Positions 17,627-26,311 of a stretch of DNA of 64,000 nucleotides are shown here, piece by piece. Under the pieces are notes generated by a model. It was not told where the DNA came from. It saw only the letters and a program-made list of their open reading frames with translations, and did no database searches. How positions within the stretch are numbered: the first letter of the stretch is position 1; the number at the start of each line of letters is the position of its first letter. This DNA is from Candidatus Latescibacterota bacterium (GTDB taxonomy: Bacteria > Latescibacterota > UBA2968): contig OZ241986.1 of NCBI GenBank assembly GCA_965204375.1, positions 3,840,001-3,904,000 on the forward strand, in the 5' to 3' direction. Made by a program: the position numbers and the translations under genes.

Positions 17627-19132
17627 CTATCCCCCACCGATCAAATCTCGCGCATCGACAATTGCTTTCAGCTTTGCCTCTGCGACATTTGCCGAAGCCA
17701 CGGGGTTATCGGCGAACGTAGCAAAACCGCAATCGGGCGTCAGCAGAACGCGCTCTTTTCCAAATAGATTGATCACCTCTGAAATTCGCCGCTGAATATC
17801 TTTAACCAACTCTACCGAATCCAGCTTCTGGTTCACCACACCAACGCCCACGCGCTTATCATCCGGAACCGCTTTCAACACATCCACATCTCCTGCCCGC
17901 TCGGTGCAAAGCTCCAGAAACAGCGTCCCCACATCCGCCCGCTTCAGCACATCCATCAGTGCCCCATACCCCCCGGAAAGCGCCGCGGACTCATCCCGCG
18001 TCCAATTGCCCCGGCAAATATGCAAACCCAGCCGCTCTCCCGGCAGACCCCGCACAACCTCATTCAACAAACCGACCGCAAAATCGAGCTCCACCGGAGC
18101 CTCTAACTTCTCGCTCAAAGCCCCACACATAAAACTGCGATTCCCCGTCGCACTCCCAAAAACCACCTCTGTCAAAACCGGCTCATCGAACTGCACCAGC
18201 GCAACACCTGCCGCCAGTAAAAAATGCACCTCCTCCCGCAAAACCCGCACCACATCCCGCGCCAGTTCATCCCGCGATTCGTACGGACGCTCCCTGAGAC
18301 AATCCAGCCACATCGTACGCGTCAGCAAATAAGGCCCGGGCAGCGCCACCTTCACCGGCTTATCCACACAAGAACTCGCAAACTCAAACTCGTGAACCGC
18401 CAGCGGACGACTTCTCCCCAACTTGCCGTACACCACCGGATGCCGCACCTCAGCCGCCGGGACATCCAGCGCGCGCAACTCCCGCTCAAACTTCTCCGAA
18501 TCATCCACCATCGCCGTCAAATCGCTCAGCGGAATAAGCTGGCAATTATCCAGCAGCCCACCCACAAAACTCGCATAACTATCCCGACGCTGCTCCCCAT
18601 CCGTCAGCACATCAACCCCCGCGCGAGACTGCGCGCCAATACAAAGCCGCACCGCGTCATCCGCCGTCGCCTGAAACTCCGCGTCATCCAACCTGCCCTC
18701 AAGCCGATCATGCACAGCCTGCAGCATCCAGCGAGGGCGCGGCCAACTCCCAATCCCCATAACAGACAACGGCGCAATTACCGGCGCGGACGCAGGACCC
18801 GGCAGCGAATCGGGAATCGTCACCGCCACCCGAAATTGCTCCCCAACAGGAACCGTTATCCGCCCGCGGTCCTCAAACGGCCCCTTGCAAACGAGATAAC
18901 TGCGCTGCCGCCCCACCTTTGTCCACGACACCAGCTCATTGCTCGTCAACCGACACCATGCGGGCAACTCGACCTCAACCGTCGCATCCGTCGATAAAAT
19001 CTCTAACAACCCACCGCGCGCCAGCGGATCAATATGCCGGCGAATCAGCAATAACAAACCGCCACCACAATCCAAATCCCCACCGTCAAAACTGACATCG
19101 GGCGCATATTTGTGTCGTTCTATCGCCTCCAA
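17627..19132 (-). CDS. TusA/SirA-like domain fused to a cobalamin-independent methionine synthase (MetE C-terminal-like) Zn domain
   Basis: N-terminal FDGGDLDCGGG...LPAWCRLT, followed by GSWPRP, TDGEQRR, VQFDEP, HICRGN, LE and PDCGF. Confidence 0.85.
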   Translation of the reverse strand: MEAIERHKYAPDVSFDGGDLDCGGGLLLLIRRHIDPLARGGLLEILSTDATVEVELPAWCRLTSNELVSWTKVGRQRSYLVCKGPFEDRGRITVPVGEQFRVAVTIPDSLPGPASAPVIAPLSVMGIGSWPRPRWMLQAVHDRLEGRLDDAEFQATADDAVRLCIGAQSRAGVDVLTDGEQRRDSYASFVGGLLDNCQLIPLSDLTAMVDDSEKFERELRALDVPAAEVRHPVVYGKLGRSRPLAVHEFEFASSCVDKPVKVALPGPYLLTRTMWLDCLRERPYESRDELARDVVRVLREEVHFLLAAGVALVQFDEPVLTEVVFGSATGNRSFMCGALSEKLEAPVELDFAVGLLNEVVRGLPGERLGLHICRGNWTRDESAALSGGYGALMDVLKRADVGTLFLELCTERAGDVDVLKAVPDDKRVGVGVVNQKLDSVELVKDIQRRISEVINLFGKERVLLTPDCGFATFADNPVASANVAEAKLKAIVDARDLIGGG

Positions 19133-19140
19133 AACACCTC

Positions 19141-19503
19141 CTAATACGTAATACAGGGCGTCCCATCGGAAAGAAACTCCACCAGCGCAGCGCCCCCAAC
19201 CATAATTGCCCCATTGACCAGATTATTCTCATCCAAACCGCGCTTCTTAAAACACGGCGCACACACGTAAATCGTTCCCCCACCACCCACAAACAAATCC
19301 ATAAGATCCTTCAGCGGCAAAAAGCCCTCCTCCGCCACATCGTCGGCATAGCCCTTCTGGGAAAGCCGAACCCCCTCCGTACTCATAAAAAGGAGTGTCT
19401 CCTTCTCCGATCCCAGCGCGGCATTGGCAACTACAAAAGCCACAGTCGCTTTATCCGTATCGTCCTTCGCACAAGTCAAACTAACACAAAATTTTCCAGC
19501 CAC
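19141..19503 (-). CDS. DsrE/DsrF-family sulfur-carrier/peroxiredoxin-like protein
   Basis: ATVAFVVANAA, F.STEGV and YVCAPCFKKRG. Confidence 0.85.
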   Translation of the reverse strand: MAGKFCVSLTCAKDDTDKATVAFVVANAALGSEKETLLFMSTEGVRLSQKGYADDVAEEGFLPLKDLMDLFVGGGGTIYVCAPCFKKRGLDENNLVNGAIMVGGAALVEFLSDGTPCITY

Positions 19504-19513
19504 TTTTACTCCT

Positions 19514-19768
19514 TTACTCTTTTGGTTTCTCTTCTATCCAGTAAAACGGGTGATCCGCGCGAACCATCCGCCGTCCAGTCATGCGGCACCAGGCGGGCAA
19601 ATCAACAGGCGCGCCCGGATCATACGCCGTAAGCTTCAAAACCTCGCCCTCCTCGAGCTTTTGCATCCGCATCCTGAGCAAAATAATAACCTCGCCGCAC
19701 CCCATGTGTCCCGCATCCCACTCATCTGCTACCACAATATTCCGTTCATCCGAAATCATTTCCTTCAC
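19514..19768 (-). CDS. TusA/SirA-family sulfur carrier
   Basis: WDAGHMGCGE...GEVLKL.AYDPGA..DLPAWCRMTG. Alternative ATG at 19759. Confidence 0.85.
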   Translation of the reverse strand: MKEMISDERNIVVADEWDAGHMGCGEVIILLRMRMQKLEEGEVLKLTAYDPGAPVDLPAWCRMTGRRMVRADHPFYWIEEKPKE

Positions 19769-21141
19769 TCCTGCGGCAATTCCTCGGCACTGATATCGAT
19801 CTCCTCAATCAACCGCGCCAGATCTCCTTCTACTTCTGTCTGCACATCGGCATACGCCGGATCGCCGTACACACTCGTCATCTCCCAGGGATCCTTCTCC
19901 AAATCGAACAAATCGCGCTCACCAGTTCGATGTACTGCGAGCGTATAATTTTGCGTACGCACGCCATAGTGCTTCGTCGGCCCATCCCAATACGCATAAA
20001 AAGCCGACTGCCGCCAATCTTCTGGTGTCTCCCCCTCGCACAGCGCGCGAAAACTTCTGCCCTGCACCTCTGCATCGGGTTTCAACCCGGCAAAATCGAG
20101 ATACGTCGCACCAAAATCCACATTCACCACAATATCCTCATTCACCGAACCCGGCGCAATCGCCCTCGGATACCGCATCACATAAGGCATGAGAAGCGAC
20201 TCTTCCAAAATCAAACGCTTATCAAAATACGAATGCTCGCCCAAAAACATACCCTGGTCAGACGTATATACCACAATCGTATTCTCCGTCAACCCCTCCT
20301 CATCCAGATAATCCAGCAACCGCCCCACACCCTCGTCAATCGCTGTAATACACCGCAAATAATCCTTCACATATTTCTGATAAGCCGCGTGAATCTTCTC
20401 CTGTGTACTCATCCCCGTCGTATCCAACCGCCCCGTAGGCCACGCTCTGCCCCGGACGCCCTCATCCATCCGCTCGGCCTGCGAGAGCATCGTGCGGTGG
20501 TGATTCTCCAACGCACTGGACACCTTGTCAAACGGCTTATACAAATTCGACGGCTCGGGCAAATCCCCATCCGTGAACAAATCCGCATGCCGAGGCGCGT
20601 ACTCCCACAAACCATGGGGTGCTTTGTGGTGGCACAGCATCAAAAAGGGCTTATCCGGATCGCGCGCCTTCAACCAATTGAGCGACAAATCCGTAATAAT
20701 ATCCGTCGCATACCCCTCGTACTGCGTCGGCTCGCCATTGCGCGTAAACGACGGATCAAAATAAGCACCCTGCCCCGGCAACACCTCCCAATAATCAAAC
20801 CCATCTGGCTCAGATCCCAAATGCCACTTACCCGCAATACCCGTTTGATATCCGGAAGCCTGCAACTGTCGCACAAAATTGGGGTGATCGTCACTCAGCG
20901 GTTGATTCAACCGCAACACCCCATTTTTATGGCTGTATTGCCCCGTAATAATACTCGCCCTGCTCGGCGAACACAGCGCATTATTGCAAATACAATTATT
21001 AAACCGCATGCCCTCACGAGCGATGCGGTCAATATTCGGTGTATCCACCACCTCATTCAGCCATCCGTTATAACAACTAATGGCATTCACGGTGTGATCA
21101 TCAGACATAATATAGAGAATATTGGGACGCGAATCAGACAT
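19765..21141 (-). CDS. Sulfatase (N-acetylglucosamine-6-sulfatase-like)
   Basis: RPNILYIMSDDH, CSPSRASIITG, GKWHLG and YTSDQG. Confidence 0.92.
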   Translation of the reverse strand: MSDSRPNILYIMSDDHTVNAISCYNGWLNEVVDTPNIDRIAREGMRFNNCICNNALCSPSRASIITGQYSHKNGVLRLNQPLSDDHPNFVRQLQASGYQTGIAGKWHLGSEPDGFDYWEVLPGQGAYFDPSFTRNGEPTQYEGYATDIITDLSLNWLKARDPDKPFLMLCHHKAPHGLWEYAPRHADLFTDGDLPEPSNLYKPFDKVSSALENHHRTMLSQAERMDEGVRGRAWPTGRLDTTGMSTQEKIHAAYQKYVKDYLRCITAIDEGVGRLLDYLDEEGLTENTIVVYTSDQGMFLGEHSYFDKRLILEESLLMPYVMRYPRAIAPGSVNEDIVVNVDFGATYLDFAGLKPDAEVQGRSFRALCEGETPEDWRQSAFYAYWDGPTKHYGVRTQNYTLAVHRTGERDLFDLEKDPWEMTSVYGDPAYADVQTEVEGDLARLIEEIDISAEELPQE

Positions 21142-21158
21142 TAAAATTCCTCCATTGG

Positions 21159-21185
21159 TTAAGTGAAACACTTTCGATTAGACAT
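21159..21185 (-). pseudogene. Possible stub of a deleted HEPN/DUF86 toxin gene (MSNRKCFT*)
   Basis: ATG overlaps the last codons of the MNT gene (YV*), where DUF86 partners typically begin (MS.R...). Stops after 8 codons. Confidence 0.35.
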
Positions 21186-21486
21186 ACACGATACTTTCTT
21201 TGATATTCTCGGCAACGTGCGGAATCCGAATCCCTTGAATACCAGCATGTGTCAGGATATCGACTCGTTTGCCCAGGATAGTCTCGAGATATTCGCTAAG
21301 CTCAATGAACCGAAAGCCTATCGGATGTTCAAATTCCACGACAAGGTCAATGTCACTTGATTCGGTGGGCGTATCTTTCGCATAAGACCCAAACAAACCA
21401 ATTTTCTTAACCCCGTACTCAGACGCCAGATACGAGCCGTTTTCCGAGAGAATATCTATGATTTTTTCTTTCGTCAACATCGCCAA
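21178..21486 (-). CDS. Minimal nucleotidyltransferase (MNT/MntA-type antitoxin)
   Basis: GLFGSYAK.....SDIDLVVEF and LE..LGKRVDI. Confidence 0.88.
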   Translation of the reverse strand: MAMLTKEKIIDILSENGSYLASEYGVKKIGLFGSYAKDTPTESSDIDLVVEFEHPIGFRFIELSEYLETILGKRVDILTHAGIQGIRIPHVAENIKESIVYV

Positions 21487-21510
21487 TTTCTCCCCTAAAT
21501 GGTTTCTTTT

Positions 21511-22773
21511 TTATCCTTCTGGAACATAATCATCAATAAATTCCGGCATCATATCCAGCACCTTTTGCAAGCGTTCACGCGCCTCTTCAGAATCGACATC
21601 ACCCTGCCCCAAAACAATATCGTACTCTTCCAGCCGATCTGCAGGCACATCGTAAAACCGACCATCGTGATAAATTTTAAACCGATGCTCCCGCGCAAAC
21701 TGACCCGCGTGATCTTGACCAAAACCAAAACGCGGGTTGTAATGACAAAAAATCCAATCCCTCGGATCGCCCCGTTCGCCTCTCAACTGAGGCAAAAAAC
21801 TGCGCCCATCACACGGCATCCCCTCTGGAATGGGCGCATCTGCCAAATCCATCAACGTCGGCAAAAAATCGCTAAAATCCACCAGATCATCTAACACCAC
21901 GCCCTCTGGCGCCACACCCTTCCAAAAAGCAATAAAAGGCACATGCGTGCCCGCATCGGGCATCGTACCCTTACCCCCCACAATCTCGACATCCCCCTCA
22001 AGCTGGGACGTAATCGTGCGATGGGTGCCATTATCACTCGTAAACATCACCAGCGTATTCTCGAGCAAATCGAGCGCCTCGAGCTTCTCCACAATCCTGC
22101 CCACCAGCTTATCGACATACGCCACCATATCGGCAAAATAGCGCGTATCCTGCTCACCTCTCCGATCTCTATCCCGCCACTCCGGACTATCGGGCGTAGG
22201 CACAAAAGGCGCGTGAACCAAAATCATCGGATAATAGGCAAAAAAAGGCACATCTCGATGCCGCTCAATAAAATCCAGCAAATAATCACAACAAATATCG
22301 GGACCATACCGATCTTCGACATACTCGTCGGGTAACCACTCGCCATTGCATTCAATTTGCGGATGTGCATATCGTCTCTTACCCGTGCGCACACCATCTT
22401 CTGGCGGCGGCGTCATATTCCACAAACAATGCTCATCAAACCCAAAATGCGCTGGCATCTTATTGTCCTTACTCAACTGCCACTTGCCCGCAACACATGT
22501 CGCGTATCCCGCATCCTGTAACAAATTGCCAAACGTCTTTTCTTTCGGATTCAAATAGGCGAACCTGTCGTAATTCCGAAAATTGTACTGCCCCGTCATA
22601 ATCTCCACGCGAGAAGGCGTACACAGCGGCGTCGAATAACAATGGGAAAAGCGAATACCCCGCGATGCCAGATCATCCAACACCGGCGTCTCATACGTCG
22701 TACTCCCATAACAACTCAAACACTCAAACCCCATATCATCTGCCATAATCAACACAATATTTGGTCTTGACAT
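21511..22773 (-). CDS. Arylsulfatase-family protein
   Basis: RPNIVLIMADD, CTPSRVEIMTG and GKWQL. Confidence 0.92.
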   Translation of the reverse strand: MSRPNIVLIMADDMGFECLSCYGSTTYETPVLDDLASRGIRFSHCYSTPLCTPSRVEIMTGQYNFRNYDRFAYLNPKEKTFGNLLQDAGYATCVAGKWQLSKDNKMPAHFGFDEHCLWNMTPPPEDGVRTGKRRYAHPQIECNGEWLPDEYVEDRYGPDICCDYLLDFIERHRDVPFFAYYPMILVHAPFVPTPDSPEWRDRDRRGEQDTRYFADMVAYVDKLVGRIVEKLEALDLLENTLVMFTSDNGTHRTITSQLEGDVEIVGGKGTMPDAGTHVPFIAFWKGVAPEGVVLDDLVDFSDFLPTLMDLADAPIPEGMPCDGRSFLPQLRGERGDPRDWIFCHYNPRFGFGQDHAGQFAREHRFKIYHDGRFYDVPADRLEEYDIVLGQGDVDSEEARERLQKVLDMMPEFIDDYVPEG

Positions 22774-22824
22774 ACATGCCTCACCGAGAATGATTCTGTT
22801 CATTTGAAAATCACAAAATACTAA

Positions 22825-23753
22825 GAAGCTGTTTTAAAATTATGAAAAAAGAAAAAAAGCGTTGAAAAAGCGTATTCATCTGTCCAAATTCAGGTTGTGC
22901 ATATCACCCTGAAACGAAAGGACATGCGATGAATACGCACCGGCAATATCCGACAAATGTCACCGAAGCGCAATGGCAACTGCTCATCCCACTTCTGCCC
23001 AAGCGCAAATGGCGAAAAGGCAGCCGTGGCCGTCCTCCTGTCAATTTGAGAGAAGTGTTTGATGGCATCCTGTATCTGACGAAGACCGGCTGCCAATGGC
23101 GCATGCTGCCTCATACCTTTGGCTGTTGGCAAACCGTGTATGGCTATTTCAACAACTGGCGCGAACAAGGCGTCTTTGAGCGTGTGCAACAGGCCCTCAC
23201 ACGAAAAGAGAGAAAACGGCAAGGACGTAAAGCTACCGCCTCAGCAGGCTGCATTGACAGTCAAAGTGTCAAGAGTGCAACACAAGGAGAATCAAAAGGT
23301 TACGATGCTGGCAAAAAGGTCAATGGACGCAAACGCCACCTGCTTGTCGATACCCTCGGCCTGGTGATCAACGCCTTTGTCTCGCCTGCCAATCTCCAAG
23401 ATCGTGACGGCCTCAAGCATCTGCTGAATCAGTATTTTGAGCAAGGAACAACACGCTTACGCAAGCTGTGGGTTGATGGCGGCTATCGCGGCGATGACCT
23501 CAAGGAATGGGTCGCTGATAGGAAGCGCACGTATAAAATTGATCTTGAGGTTGTTAAGCCTAATGGCGAGGGCTTCCAAGTCGCCAAGCGCCGTTGGGTC
23601 GTTGAGCGCACCTTTGCTTGGTTATACAATTTTCGCCGTCTGTCAAAGGATTATGAAGACTTGACGGATAACAGTGAAGCCTTTATTCACATTGTTATGA
23701 TTTACCTCTTACTCAACAGACTCGATTAAACGCAGCATTTTTAAAACAGCTTC
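22825..23753 (+). mobile_element. IS5-family (IS1031-like) insertion sequence (929 bp)
   Basis: Perfect 15-bp IRs GAAGCTGTTTTAAAA (22825-22839 / 23739-23753), flanked by a TAA duplication. Confidence 0.92.
22929..23729 (+). CDS. IS5-family transposase
   Basis: YPTNVTEAQW, TGCQWRMLP, IDSQSVK, GYDAGKKVNGRKRH and RWVVERTFAWL. Confidence 0.95.
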   Translation: MNTHRQYPTNVTEAQWQLLIPLLPKRKWRKGSRGRPPVNLREVFDGILYLTKTGCQWRMLPHTFGCWQTVYGYFNNWREQGVFERVQQALTRKERKRQGRKATASAGCIDSQSVKSATQGESKGYDAGKKVNGRKRHLLVDTLGLVINAFVSPANLQDRDGLKHLLNQYFEQGTTRLRKLWVDGGYRGDDLKEWVADRKRTYKIDLEVVKPNGEGFQVAKRRWVVERTFAWLYNFRRLSKDYEDLTDNSEAFIHIVMIYLLLNRLD

Positions 23754-23806
23754 TAAGGACCACATTAATCAAAATTTTTAGCAACAGCCATGAATTTGAT
23801 CGAGAT

Positions 23807-25126
23807 CTATTTATCTTCTGACTGCCCACGCCACCTAAATGCTCTTCTGAATCCCAGAGATTCTGCTTCAGCCACCGTTTCTACATAGCATTCATTTTTT
23901 TCTTTTTCAATAATAGTTTTATCATATTGCTGGTCGAAAGGTAAGTGATATATCTTCTCACCAGATTTTCGGGAAATATTGCACTTGACTAATGGATACT
24001 TTGATAATGAGATACCTTCTTTTACCTTGACACCAAGGATCTCAGCAAATTGCCCTGCAGTGTCAGATAATTGTGTTGACGTAATGAAAGTTGGGACAAT
24101 TCCCTGAGAACGAAGTAGCTCTGGAAATAACTCAATTTGATCGGCCTGGCGATCACAATTATTGACCAGAAACATCACCGTCGTGCCAAAAAGTTGGTTT
24201 ATATGTTTTTCACGGATAATTTTGTTTTTTGACCAACACTTACATTGCACTATTTCAACTATTCCATCTTTTTTGCAAATTAGATCACGTCCGAGATCCT
24301 CAAAGCCTTTTACAATACCTTGATATTCAACTTGGTATCCTTCCTTCTCATACAGGTAACCAATATATCGTTCGTAATCTCTTCCTACTTCCCAATTTGA
24401 TTTTTTCTTTTCCCAATACCGATCCAGCGCAAGTTGATTCTTTTCTATTGTTGAGAGCATTTCATATTCTGCATCTGTAAGCCACTTACGAACAGGATCG
24501 AATTGTACATCATCTATTGCACTCTCCTGTCCGTCAATATGTTGTCTCACAATTTCATCCAAATCATCACCAATAAAGTCAATTAGCCAAGGAAATAGTT
24601 TTTCGTAGTAATCCACAAAATACTTCGCCATCCTCCATCGCTTCTCCAATTCTCTCTTTTCGGCTTTTATCTTTCGGACTACATCGGCAGCTTTTGGAGC
24701 AGGAGGTTTTTTATTTTCTAAAAAATCAGCTATCTGTTCATCCCGCAAAGAGATATAATCCCCAAATGCTGTGGCGAGCCAAGGAAATCCTAGGGTTTTT
24801 TCATTTGCTATTCTCTCAAGAGCTTGCCTGTCTCTCTCCTTCTGTGCTTTCAAAAACTCTTTTGCTTGGTATATCTTTGTTCTTTCTTCCAACAACTGTT
24901 TTTCGGCTTCCGCTTGTCTCTGCGCAAATCCTTCTGCCAAATTAGCAATTTCGGTCTTTTTGATCCGCAAGAACTCATTGATGATATTCTTAGTATTGAT
25001 TTCATTTCTATAAATTAGTCCCTTAAATGACCTCTTAAACTCATCCAAGTCATTACTAATCTTCTGAAGTTTGGAGACTTTGTTTCTTAATTTGAGAAGT
25101 TTATTTTTAAAAAGTTCAGGTGTCAT
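23807..25126 (-). CDS. Coiled-coil plus Mrr-like (PD-QxK) restriction endonuclease domain protein
   Basis: GRDYERYIGYLYE..GY.V...G...DLGRDLI...IVQCK.W, with a long helical N-terminus. AT-rich DNA. Confidence 0.75.
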   Translation of the reverse strand: MTPELFKNKLLKLRNKVSKLQKISNDLDEFKRSFKGLIYRNEINTKNIINEFLRIKKTEIANLAEGFAQRQAEAEKQLLEERTKIYQAKEFLKAQKERDRQALERIANEKTLGFPWLATAFGDYISLRDEQIADFLENKKPPAPKAADVVRKIKAEKRELEKRWRMAKYFVDYYEKLFPWLIDFIGDDLDEIVRQHIDGQESAIDDVQFDPVRKWLTDAEYEMLSTIEKNQLALDRYWEKKKSNWEVGRDYERYIGYLYEKEGYQVEYQGIVKGFEDLGRDLICKKDGIVEIVQCKCWSKNKIIREKHINQLFGTTVMFLVNNCDRQADQIELFPELLRSQGIVPTFITSTQLSDTAGQFAEILGVKVKEGISLSKYPLVKCNISRKSGEKIYHLPFDQQYDKTIIEKEKNECYVETVAEAESLGFRRAFRWRGQSEDK

Positions 25127-25146
25127 AATTTTAGATCTTCGACGAA

Positions 25147-25542
25147 TTATTCAACTCTCAAAGATTCAAGGGAGCTGAAGTCAATATCCGAAATTTTCAA
25201 GAAAAATCTACAATTAGGATAGTTTGGACATCCAATGATTCTCCCATAATAACTAGTGTATTTCACATTAAGAGTGTCACCACACTTAGGGCATATATTC
25301 AGAGGTTCCTCCGTTCTTCCTTTTAGGATAGCTAAATTTGACTGCAAACCGACTCGAAGACCCTCTAATTCCTTTCTCATCTGTTCTGTATCATAAGTAT
25401 CTACTTTCTGCAACAAACGTTCAAGCTCTGGCCCAAGTTCTTTGGCAATTCGACGGTCCTGTCGTCGCTCCAGTAAATTTGATATTTTTATAAAGACGTA
25501 GATAAGAGTGATACAGCCACCGAAGAACATCAATACATCCAT
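25147..25542 (-). CDS. Membrane-anchored protein with a topoisomerase-type C4 zinc ribbon
   Basis: N-terminal hydrophobic helix, then CPKCG...GCPNYPNCRF. Confidence 0.75.
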   Translation of the reverse strand: MDVLMFFGGCITLIYVFIKISNLLERRQDRRIAKELGPELERLLQKVDTYDTEQMRKELEGLRVGLQSNLAILKGRTEEPLNICPKCGDTLNVKYTSYYGRIIGCPNYPNCRFFLKISDIDFSSLESLRVE

Positions 25543-25557
25543 TTCGATTTCCTCTTT

Positions 25558-25917
25558 TCAGCAATTCGCATATTTGACAGGATTAGACGCCCCGCGTTTC
25601 CTCATCCTATCAGGGACAGGCATCCCTACATAAAGGTTTTGGATCTCTTGGCTAGCTTCGCGTCCGACAAAGCCGTAGCGTCCCGGCGTAGTTTTGCGCC
25701 CAGGGAAGTTTTTGCAGTTGGCTTCGAGCCATTCAATATCTTCAAATGCCCCAATAATCCTTCCGCGATATGTAGCCAAGGCAATCTCCGCTTTTTCCAC
25801 TCTTGATTTGTTCACTCGCCACGCAAAACGGACAGCTTCGTACAGGTCGCGGCCCTTGTTGTAGTTTTGGTTGACGTTTAGAAGGACTGCTTTGTGTGGT
25901 ATTTCTGGAACGCGCAT
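25558..25917 (-). CDS. Protein resembling the C-terminal domain of LEM-3-like GIY-YIG proteins
   Basis: LYEAVRFAWRV...A.YRG.I.GAF...W...RYGFVG.EA...GASNPVKY. No GIY-YIG motif present. Confidence 0.55.
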   Translation of the reverse strand: MRVPEIPHKAVLLNVNQNYNKGRDLYEAVRFAWRVNKSRVEKAEIALATYRGRIIGAFEDIEWLEANCKNFPGRKTTPGRYGFVGREASQEIQNLYVGMPVPDRMRKRGASNPVKYANC

Positions 25918-25995
25918 CTATCCCCCTTTTATCGGTACAAACGGGCGCGTTGTTCTATCCTCTCGCGGACAGCCCGCTGTTCAGGATTCCTATCT

Positions 25996-26226
25996 TCAGT
26001 AAAAAGCCCGTCTCTTGCGCCAGACGGACAGACTTTCTTCAATCTTCCTCTGTTCTGAAGTCATAGGACGCAATAAGAACGATTTTCCCCGTGTAGAAGT
26101 GCGCCCAATTCCAGGCGTTTCCCATTCTTGTAACTGTAAATCATGGATGAGTTCGTACAAATTGATAATGGGGACGAGCTTCTTTACTGCTGTTCTCTGT
26201 ATGATCTCAGCTACTTTTTTTCGCAA
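25996..26226 (-). CDS. Hypothetical protein
   Basis: Short co-oriented ORF with a GGAGG upstream and no recognisable motif. Confidence 0.3.
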   Translation of the reverse strand: MRKKVAEIIQRTAVKKLVPIINLYELIHDLQLQEWETPGIGRTSTRGKSFLLRPMTSEQRKIEESLSVWRKRRAFY

Positions 26227-26311
26227 TAACCGCAGTTTGGATGCCTCCCATAGGGCGGCGATGATGACCGATCCAGACAGAATTTCGAGGAGAGTTGACT
26301 ATCTTAAAGGA

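Noticed and set aside
17627-19768. Possible selenocysteine read-through in the TusA/DsrE module
   Set aside because: Catalytic positions are ordinary Cys codons, and no in-frame TGA interrupts a domain.
10520-22335. Long plus-strand ORFs (e.g. 10520-11968, 19930-21144, 18224-18997)
   Set aside because: Antisense shadows of clear minus-strand genes, caused by strong codon/strand bias. They are Ile/Arg/His/Pro-rich and have no motifs.
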